IMG/VR virus record: IMGVR_UViG_3300024264_000088
Location: 1-35,712 of that record
DNA length: 35,712 nucleotides
Reading direction: 5' to 3' (one strand)
Source: a virus
Taxonomy: Duplodnaviria > Caudoviricetes
Part shown: piece after piece, positions 26,857 through 34,161 of the stretch
How the letters are laid out: each line of letters opens with the position of its first letter
Numbering within the stretch: the stretch's first letter is position 1
The notes under the pieces: model-generated
Seen by the model: the letters and a program-made list of their open reading frames with translations, nothing else
The model's database searches: none
What the model was told of the DNA's origin: nothing
Program-made: the position numbers and the translations under genes

Positions 26857-27669
26857 TTATCCTATCATCATTGCTGGATTTAATTCGAATGTACTTCTTA
26901 TTTCGTTCTCTAACTTTTCAATTTCTTGTAAAGCTTCTGAAAATATTTGTTGACCATTTAGTGTAACACCACCAACCATGGCAACACCATTAAACTTTGA
27001 TAAGTTTGCTCCCCATTGTTTTTTAAATAAGGCAGTTGTATATCTTTTTAAATAAATATCATTATATACATCTGTGTATGTGTCCGGGTCTAATTTTCTA
27101 TAACACTCTATTACAATCCATTCATCTGTTGCTAAATCATTTGTCCAGTCCATATCAATATACAGTCTGTTATCATGTTGATTAAATCTAATTGGTTTTT
27201 CACCTACTAACACATGGTCTAAAAAATCTAAATGTCTTAATACAACATCATAGTTAATAATACTTGTAGATGAAAAATCATAAAGGTCATTTAATCTCAT
27301 TTGGTATCTTACATCAAATAAGTTTAGATTACCTTTATTGGAAAACGGAAGTATATTAATTACTGATATTACACTTTCAGGCACAACGATAAAATTATTA
27401 TCTTCGTACCATGTTGTTGATACTGAATTTTTTGTTGCTGTTTCTGAACTAGGATTAATAGCTGCTAAACGAGTTTTTTCAGAAGCTGTTAATTTATATT
27501 TTAAATATGTTCTTCTAATAGAATCGTAATGAAACTGAGCAAAGTATTGTAAAGCTTCATCTATTCTATCATCTAGTTGTTCGTCACTAGCATTAACTTC
27601 AATAACAGGTTTCCCTAACGCTCTTAAAGCATATTGTTTTAATGTTTCTCTTGTGTTTGGGTTTGCCAT
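26857..27669 (-). CDS. gp13: Neck protein gp13
   Basis: LKQYALRALGKPVIEVN...QLDDRIDEALQ, KKQWGANLSKF.GV.M.GGVTLNG. Confidence 0.96.
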   Translation of the reverse strand: MANPNTRETLKQYALRALGKPVIEVNASDEQLDDRIDEALQYFAQFHYDSIRRTYLKYKLTASEKTRLAAINPSSETATKNSVSTTWYEDNNFIVVPESVISVINILPFSNKGNLNLFDVRYQMRLNDLYDFSSTSIINYDVVLRHLDFLDHVLVGEKPIRFNQHDNRLYIDMDWTNDLATDEWIVIECYRKLDPDTYTDVYNDIYLKRYTTALFKKQWGANLSKFNGVAMVGGVTLNGQQIFSEALQEIEKLENEIRSTFELNPAMMIG

Positions 27670-27674
27670 ATTAT

Positions 27675-27682
27675 TATTTATC
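27675..27682 (-). promoter_or_regulatory. Late promoter variant GATAAATA (gp13)
   Basis: One mismatch, 5 nt before gp13 ATG. Confidence 0.55.
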
Positions 27683-27683
27683 C

Positions 27684-28184
27684 TTATCCTAAAGCGACTG
27701 CTTGTGCGATAGCGAATGAACTTGTTGCTTTTGTATCTAATTGAGTTTGTATATTACTAGTTACACCGTCTGAATAATTAATTTCTGTAGCTGTAGCCGT
27801 AACTGCAACATCTTCATTAATTTTAGGACTAGTTAAAGTTTTATTTGTTAATGTTTTAGTTGTGCCTGAAAATAGAGTATCTATTTGTCCTAATGTAATT
27901 CTACCCTCTGAACCTCCATCTGAAGCTAAAAGTAAATCAGTAGCTGTTAATGTTGCACTTGTTAAATCTGTTGCACCGTCAATATTTATTACGGCTTCTA
28001 CAGCTCCAAACTCTAAAGCGTTTCCACCACTATTAACTTTTAATACCTGTCCTGCACTTCCGATAGATAACGATACACCAAGACCACCATTTGCCAATGG
28101 TATCGTATCACTAGTTTGAAACTCTGCAAGACCTGTTACATTACTTCCTGTAAAGGTTGCTTTTACTGGAGTTTTATTCGCCAT
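27684..28184 (-). CDS. Short fibre-type virion protein
   Basis: GSAGQVLKVNSGG, TLTNKTLTSP, DGVTSNIQTQLD, C-terminal FAIAQAVALG, all typical of phage fibre segments. Confidence 0.7.
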   Translation of the reverse strand: MANKTPVKATFTGSNVTGLAEFQTSDTIPLANGGLGVSLSIGSAGQVLKVNSGGNALEFGAVEAVINIDGATDLTSATLTATDLLLASDGGSEGRITLGQIDTLFSGTTKTLTNKTLTSPKINEDVAVTATATEINYSDGVTSNIQTQLDTKATSSFAIAQAVALG

Positions 28185-28185
28185 C

Positions 28186-29358
28186 TTATGCTACCACCAA
28201 TGTTGTTACATCTGTGCCATCTGCTTTTGTAAATGGTATATGTAAGTTATTTAATATCTCACCAATTGTTCCTGATGTTTGAAAATCAATATCAGAGGAA
28301 CTACCGTCTGCTTTTAAAAATGGTAATTGTGCATTTGCAGCTGTACCAAATGTTACTGTATCATTACTTGAATTGCCTGTTATGGTAACTAAACCTGATT
28401 GTGCAAGTGTAAGTGTATCTGTCGAACTATCAGCAGATACAACTGTTGAACCGTCTGGCATTGTAATATTTTTAAATATATCACCACCACCACCTGGTAT
28501 TGTAATCGTTTTTGTTGCACCTGTACCTGTAGCAGTTACGCCAGCACCTACAAAGTTTAATGTTGAGGCTGCTGTTGATAATGAAGAGCCTTCTTCTTGT
28601 ACAGTTAATTGAGCTGCACCTGCAATTGTTAAAGTATCACCTGATAAACTTGTTGTTACACCACCACTACCTGTTATTTTTAAACTTTCACCAGCGTCTA
28701 GTGATGTTGTAGTTGATGAATCATCAACAATTGTTAATAATGAACTTCCTGTGCCTTCAGCTAATTCTTTAACGATAATGACATCAGCATTTGCTGGTGC
28801 CGTGCCAAAAGTTAATGTAGAACCTGAATATGAAAAATCAGTTGTTGGCCTTTGAAAAACTCCATTTAAAAAAACTAAAAATTGTGAAACTGATTTTCCA
28901 CTAGATACTGTAAAACCTGTTGTCGAACCATCGCCTGTAAATGCTCTTACAACACTTGAAGACATAAAAGTATTTTTGCCTTCAACTAATTCTTTAATAA
29001 TAATTGACTCACCATTTACTGGTGCTGTGCCAAAAGTTAAAGTTGTAGAAGATACAGTATAGTCAGTAGTTGGCCGTTGATAGACACCATTTAAAAATAC
29101 TAAAACATTTTCAACATCTGCTCCACTTGTAACAGTAAAACCTGTTGATGAACCATCACCTGTATAAGCTCTAACATCACCACTTAAAGGAGATGTTGAA
29201 TCGCCACCACTACTTGTACCACCTGCAATTTCTTTGATAGTACCAGAGTCATTAATATAAAACTTTTTTGCTGAAGTATCAATTCCAACTTCACCATTAG
29301 CTAAATCACTAGTGGTTGGTGTACTTGTACCTCGTTTTAACTTAATAACTGTCGCCAT
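28186..29358 (-). CDS. Fibre-type virion protein with gp37-N/Mtd_N-like N-terminus and tandem 66-aa domains
   Basis: MATVIKLKRG...LANGEVGID; two TGDGS.TGFTV...VFLNGV.QRP repeats; Thr/Ser/Gly rich. Confidence 0.75.
   Translation of the reverse strand: MATVIKLKRGTSTPTTSDLANGEVGIDTSAKKFYINDSGTIKEIAGGTSSGGDSTSPLSGDVRAYTGDGSSTGFTVTSGADVENVLVFLNGVYQRPTTDYTVSSTTLTFGTAPVNGESIIIKELVEGKNTFMSSSVVRAFTGDGSTTGFTVSSGKSVSQFLVFLNGVFQRPTTDFSYSGSTLTFGTAPANADVIIVKELAEGTGSSLLTIVDDSSTTTSLDAGESLKITGSGGVTTSLSGDTLTIAGAAQLTVQEEGSSLSTAASTLNFVGAGVTATGTGATKTITIPGGGGDIFKNITMPDGSTVVSADSSTDTLTLAQSGLVTITGNSSNDTVTFGTAANAQLPFLKADGSSSDIDFQTSGTIGEILNNLHIPFTKADGTDVTTLVVA
28753..29175 (-). repeat. Intragenic tandem duplication, 2 x 198 nt (28978-29175 and 28753-28950)
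   Basis: VRAYTGDGSSTGFTV...LNGVYQRPTTDY...TLTFGTAP...KELVEG versus VRAFTGDGSTTGFTV...LNGVFQRPTTDF...TLTFGTAP...KELAEG. Confidence 0.9.
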
Positions 29359-29389
29359 TAATAATATCCTTTATTCAGTTGACGACTAA

Positions 29390-31570
29390 TTAAAATGTTC
29401 CGCCGTCTAAACTTGTTACCGTAACTGCTCCTGAACTGACTGTAAAATTGTCTGAACTAAAAGAAGCCACACCTTTATTTGAAGTTGTTGCTAATTCACC
29501 TGCAATAGTTAATGTAGTGCCCGAAATTGTTGCATCCATTCCCTCACCACCTGTAATTTTCAAAGTTCCGCCTAAGTCAATATTTGATATTGTTGAAGAG
29601 TCATCAGAAAATGTAATAGTTGAGTTTGAAAGTTTTGCATTGGTAATCGAACCTGCTAATTTAGCAGTTGCAATTGAACCGGCTAACATGTCGTTTGTAA
29701 TACCTGAAGCTTTAACTCTTAATGCGTCTGAACTTACTTCGATTGAACTGTCATCTACTGCAACATCAATTTGGTTACCAGTTTTTGTTAATGCGTCACC
29801 GGCACTAATTTGACCTGCACCTGAGAACTGAGCAAATGTAATATTTGTAGAACCAAATGTAGGTGTGCCATTATGTGTTGCAACATAACCGTTATCTGCG
29901 TTTGCTGTACCAGCTTCTACGAAGAAGAAAGTACCGCCTGTTAATTCAGAAGCTGTGTCTGCGTCTGGACTTCTTGTTAATACGAAAGCCGCTGAAGCGC
30001 CACCTGTTGCTGTTACTTTATAGATACCGTTTTGTACTGCACTTGCTTGGTCTTTAACAAGTATTCTATCATCAACACTTGGAGAAACACCATCAACTGA
30101 TAATGCACCGTTAGCGTTAGCAGTTAAAGTACCTGCACCATTATTATAAGTACAAGCCGCTAATGCAGCTGTTGTAGCAACTGAACAAGATTCTTTAACA
30201 TCAAGTCCGTTTGCAACACTATCCACATATGCTTTTGTAGCAGCGTCTTGGTCACTTGTCGGGTCAGTTACACTTGTAATTCTGCTTGAGTTTACATCAA
30301 CTGTACCAGAACCGTTAGGGTCTAAAATAATGTTACCATTTGAGTCTGTAGATGAAATAGTATTAGCGTTAACATTTAAATTATCTACTGTTAATTCTGT
30401 TACACCTGCAATCGCTGTTGTAGCAGCACCTAATGTTAGTGTAGATGAACCTAAAGTGATTGTAGAGTTTGAAAGAGAAGAATTACCAATATTTGATAAT
30501 GTGTTACTATTTGCGTCAATTGTTTTATTTGTTAATGTTTGTGTAGCAGCTAGACCAGCAAAACTTTCTGATTGTAAAGCACTATTAAATTCTGCTAAAC
30601 TACCTGTTAGTGTATTGTTTGCTAAGTCAATTGATTTATTTGTAAGTGTATCAGTTGTCGCTTTACCTACAAGTGTGTCTGTAGCAGCTGGTAATGTTAC
30701 TGTAACATTTCCACTATATGCTGAGTGAGCCGCTGATTGTAACGCTGTGTAATGTGCGTTAGAGCTTTCACAATATAATCTAATTGCTGATTGAGTACCG
30801 TCATTTTTAATTTCAATTAAACCGGTTGCTAATGTAATTCTGTCATTACCACCAATTTTAATATCAATTTGGTCATCTGTATCAGCAGTAATTGAAGTAT
30901 CTTTGTCTGCGTCTAAAAATAATTCAGTACCATTCATGTCAACGCCATTGAACACAGCGTCATCATCAAAAGATACTGTCATAGTATCACCAGACAATGC
31001 CGTAGCAATACCGTTACCGCCTGTAATTTTTAATGTTTCAGTTAATAAGTTGATTGATGTTGATGTGGAACTTTCATCAACTAAAGTAAGTGTCGTTGCT
31101 GGAGCTGCAAAAGATAAACCACCTGAACCGTCAGTTGTCAACACATGACCACTTGAACCATCTGTACCTGGTAATGTTAATGCTAAGTTGGATGCTACAC
31201 TATTTGGAGCTTTTAGTGAAACATAGTGAGAACCATTATTTGTTCCCTCATTAAACTTAATCGTACCACCTACTGTGGTAGAATTACCTATATTGAGTGT
31301 ATCTACTGCTGAGTTACTATCTACTGTTAAAGCTGAACTCGCTGTTAGTGTGCCATCTACATGGTCTAATTTATCTACGAAATATTGGCCGCCAATTACT
31401 GTTATATTATTAGCGTCACCTGAACCATCTACACCACCCTCACCAACAAACAGTCTATCGCCGTTATTGCCTTGCGTACCAGTACCATAAGTATAAGCTA
31501 ATTCACCTAGTTTTAGCGTTGATGGAGCCGAAGTATTTGCACTTCTTTTTATCTGAATTATTGTTGACAT
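29390..31570 (-). CDS. Long fibre-type virion protein (726 aa)
   Basis: IQIKRS...LKLGELAY N-terminus, PTSDQDAATKAYVD, DRILVKDQ...QNGIY module, IxxxKLAGS repeats, ends LDGGTF. Confidence 0.8.
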   Translation of the reverse strand: MSTIIQIKRSANTSAPSTLKLGELAYTYGTGTQGNNGDRLFVGEGGVDGSGDANNITVIGGQYFVDKLDHVDGTLTASSALTVDSNSAVDTLNIGNSTTVGGTIKFNEGTNNGSHYVSLKAPNSVASNLALTLPGTDGSSGHVLTTDGSGGLSFAAPATTLTLVDESSTSTSINLLTETLKITGGNGIATALSGDTMTVSFDDDAVFNGVDMNGTELFLDADKDTSITADTDDQIDIKIGGNDRITLATGLIEIKNDGTQSAIRLYCESSNAHYTALQSAAHSAYSGNVTVTLPAATDTLVGKATTDTLTNKSIDLANNTLTGSLAEFNSALQSESFAGLAATQTLTNKTIDANSNTLSNIGNSSLSNSTITLGSSTLTLGAATTAIAGVTELTVDNLNVNANTISSTDSNGNIILDPNGSGTVDVNSSRITSVTDPTSDQDAATKAYVDSVANGLDVKESCSVATTAALAACTYNNGAGTLTANANGALSVDGVSPSVDDRILVKDQASAVQNGIYKVTATGGASAAFVLTRSPDADTASELTGGTFFFVEAGTANADNGYVATHNGTPTFGSTNITFAQFSGAGQISAGDALTKTGNQIDVAVDDSSIEVSSDALRVKASGITNDMLAGSIATAKLAGSITNAKLSNSTITFSDDSSTISNIDLGGTLKITGGEGMDATISGTTLTIAGELATTSNKGVASFSSDNFTVSSGAVTVTSLDGGTF

Positions 31571-31579
31571 TTATAGCTC

Positions 31580-31852
31580 CTAAAAATTGCCTCCGTTAAA
31601 CACCAATGTTCCTGTTGTAGTGTCTAACTCGTTTTTTGTTACGAATTTATCTGAAGAACCGTCATATTGTAATAATGCGCCGTCTGTTAAACTAGATGAA
31701 TCTACATCTGTAAGACTTCTCAATCTATTCACATTTGTAATATTTACATTTGTACTCGGAACCTGAACAGATACCTGTTGTGGTCCTGAGGATGTGGAAG
31801 AGTTTATATTAGCTCTAACTCCACCAGTAGTATTAATAACTGCTTTCACCAT
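31580..31852 (-). CDS. Small fibre-associated protein
   Basis: LRSLTDVD...LTDGALLQYDGSSDKF module; ends FNGGNF; GAGG SD. Confidence 0.7.
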   Translation of the reverse strand: MVKAVINTTGGVRANINSSTSSGPQQVSVQVPSTNVNITNVNRLRSLTDVDSSSLTDGALLQYDGSSDKFVTKNELDTTTGTLVFNGGNF

Positions 31853-31873
31853 CGGTTTCCTCTCTCTTTGTAA

Positions 31874-31881
31874 TATTTATA
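31874..31881 (-). promoter_or_regulatory. T4 late promoter (fibre operon)
   Basis: Exact TATAAATA, intergenic. Confidence 0.85.
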
Positions 31882-31903
31882 ATAAAAAAAGACTCAGGAA
31901 TAA

Positions 31904-32239
31904 TTAAACTTTTGGATTTACTGTAATAATGCCTTCGATAACTCTAGTAACCGTACTATCTGCGGTTTTTGTTATATAAACATCATAAACATATCTGGCA
32001 GGAGCGGATAAAGCTGTTGTTTGTGTATCAGTTAAGGAAATAGATATAACACCTGTTGAGGTGTCAGCTGCTATTTGTGTGGTAAATGAAACATATGTGG
32101 AAGAACCATAACTGCTTGCAAGTTTAGCTTCCGCTGTATAACCAGCTAAGTCAACTGCGTTACCATCTGAATTAGTTACAGTTACATCTGAACTAAAAGA
32201 AGCTCCTTGGTCTATTCTAAGATTTGCTACTGCTGCCAT
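31904..32239 (-). CDS. BppU-N/LtfC-like fibre attachment protein
   Basis: NLRIDQGASF...VDLAGYTA...GVISISLT..QT..L...RYVYDV...TRVIEGIITVNP pattern. Confidence 0.65.
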   Translation of the reverse strand: MAAVANLRIDQGASFSSDVTVTNSDGNAVDLAGYTAEAKLASSYGSSTYVSFTTQIAADTSTGVISISLTDTQTTALSAPARYVYDVYITKTADSTVTRVIEGIITVNPKV

Positions 32240-32432
32240 TGAATTGTTTTATTCCTTCTTGTATTTTTCCATTGTAAAAATTGGTTAATACTTCTATTTT
32301 TTCCAATTCAATTTCATGTCGGATTTTAGATTGTTGAATTTCTTGTCTAGCAGCTATGTAATTTCTTAACTCTATAGGCAATTGTTCAATATCATATTCT
32401 TTATCGTCTATCGTAATTGCATTATCAGCCAT
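32217..32432 (-). CDS. Small coiled-coil hypothetical protein
   Basis: ITIDDKEYDIEQL followed by helical region; AAGGA SD. Confidence 0.7.
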   Translation of the reverse strand: MADNAITIDDKEYDIEQLPIELRNYIAARQEIQQSKIRHEIELEKIEVLTNFYNGKIQEGIKQFNGSSSKS

Positions 32433-32447
32433 AATATATCCTTAATG

Positions 32448-32660
32448 TTATAGTTTTTTATTTTGTTTTTTGATTTCTGCAATCAATTTCGCTTTTGTAA
32501 ATCGTTTATCTAATTCGACACCGATTTTTCTACCTAGTTTTTCTAACTCGGCTTTTGTTTTTTTATTTAAATCTTTTGTATCAATTTTTTTAACTTCATT
32601 TTTTAACACTAAAGGTTTTACAAAAAAACTTTTAATTTTATTCCATAATTTCATAATCAT
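32448..32660 (-). CDS. Small basic protein with Rho-N/HeH-like domain
   Basis: LNKKTKAELEKLGRKIGVELDKRFTKAKLIAEI; amphipathic N-terminus MKLWNKIKSFF. Confidence 0.6.
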   Translation of the reverse strand: MIMKLWNKIKSFFVKPLVLKNEVKKIDTKDLNKKTKAELEKLGRKIGVELDKRFTKAKLIAEIKKQNKKL

Positions 32661-32673
32661 TCCTCTTATTTTA

Positions 32674-34131
32674 TTAATTCTGATATTTATATCGTATAAT
32701 TACGACACCTGAACCGCCTGAACCAGCAGAGTTAGGGTCATTTCCTGTACCACCGCCGCCGCCGCCTGTGTTTGCTGTTGCATTTGAAGCATTATTATTA
32801 CCTGCTGTACCGGCACTACCGCCACCTGGACCTGCAGCTCCTCCGGAACCGCCGCTGTTGTTGGCTGCGCCACCGCCACCACCTGCTCTAGTGACTGCTG
32901 AACCTGAAATTTCTGAACTTGCACCGTTACCTCCGGCGCCTGCTGTAATAGCACCTACATAATCTGCACCTACACCTCCGGCACCACCGCCTCCACCAGA
33001 AGCGTGTACATAACTACCGCCACCTGGATGTCCGTCACCACCATTATTACCTTGAGATGGAGAAACTGGTGGAGTATTACCTATACCACCTTGTCTATTT
33101 GCTGCTGGAGCAGGTGAAACAGGCGCATAACCACCTGCACCTCCACCGCCTGAACCTCCTGCGTGCCATGAATCATTTCCTCTAGGTGAAGCGTCAAGGT
33201 TTGCACCACGACCACCAGCTGCTGATGTGATTGTACTAAAAACTGAATTTGAACCTGCTTGAGCTAAATATGAATTTGGACCGGCTGCACCGCCACCGCC
33301 ACCGCCTACTGTAACAGGATATGTTTGTGTTGTAACTGATAAACCTGAATCTGAAGCCGCTAAAGGTGAAGCAGTGTATGAATCTTTAGGTGAATCTCTT
33401 CCTTCTCTAAATCCGCCTGCGCCTCCGCCACCACCTTGGTTTGCACCACCTGAACCACCAGCAATAACTAGATATGAAACTTTATTAGAACCGGATGAAT
33501 TACCAGCATCCGATACAACAAAGTTTGATGATGAATTAAATAAATGAATTTTGTAATTACCTGTTGTTGATACTGTACCGCCTGTAGCAGTTACATATTG
33601 AGGACCAAAGTCTGCAATATTTGATTCGTTAGTATATAACCAACCTTTTGTTGCGTCTGCATAAACTAAAACCACACTTGCTCTTGTTGTAGTTATTTCT
33701 GAATTGCTTGCATTGCCTTGAATGTTTGAACTATTACGACCAATAGTACATGAATTTGTTTGAAAAGTAGCTGCATAATCTTTGATAGCAACATAATCAC
33801 CTGCACTTGGTGAGGCAGGTAAAGTCATAGTAATTGCACCAGATGTAGTGTTTACAAAATATCCTCTTCCAGATACCATAGTTGTATCTGATGTTACAAC
33901 TGCTTGCCAAGCAAAGGCTAATACTGAAGCAGAATCACCTAGTGCTAATGCACTACCGTTTAATGTAATTGAAGAATTTGCTAATTTATTATTTGCAATA
34001 GAACCTGCTAATTTTGCATTTGTAATTGTGCCGTCATTAATGTCGGCAGCTACAACCGTGCCGTCAACTAATTTAGCTGCGTCAACTGAATTGTCTGCAA
34101 GACCTGATTTTGTTACTTTTGTTAATGCCAT
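32674..34131 (-). CDS. Glycine-rich virion fibre/adhesin protein (paralogue 2)
   Basis: Same architecture as 23840..25243; ends GVVIIRYKYQN. Confidence 0.8.
   Translation of the reverse strand: MALTKVTKSGLADNSVDAAKLVDGTVVAADINDGTITNAKLAGSIANNKLANSSITLNGSALALGDSASVLAFAWQAVVTSDTTMVSGRGYFVNTTSGAITMTLPASPSAGDYVAIKDYAATFQTNSCTIGRNSSNIQGNASNSEITTTRASVVLVYADATKGWLYTNESNIADFGPQYVTATGGTVSTTGNYKIHLFNSSSNFVVSDAGNSSGSNKVSYLVIAGGSGGANQGGGGGAGGFREGRDSPKDSYTASPLAASDSGLSVTTQTYPVTVGGGGGGAAGPNSYLAQAGSNSVFSTITSAAGGRGANLDASPRGNDSWHAGGSGGGGAGGYAPVSPAPAANRQGGIGNTPPVSPSQGNNGGDGHPGGGSYVHASGGGGGAGGVGADYVGAITAGAGGNGASSEISGSAVTRAGGGGGAANNSGGSGGAAGPGGGSAGTAGNNNASNATANTGGGGGGTGNDPNSAGSGGSGVVIIRYKYQN
32684..32691 (-). 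promoter_or_regulatory. T4 late promoter embedded in the Tyr-Lys-Tyr codons of the upstream gene
   Basis: TAT AAA TA(T) = exact TATAAATA, 23 nt upstream of ATG 32660. Confidence 0.65.
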
Positions 34132-34149
34132 GTTTTTATCTCTTTATAC

Positions 34150-34157
34150 TATTTATA
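34150..34157 (-). promoter_or_regulatory. T4 late promoter
   Basis: Exact TATAAATA between the two Gly-rich paralogues. Confidence 0.85.
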
Positions 34158-34161
34158 AAAC

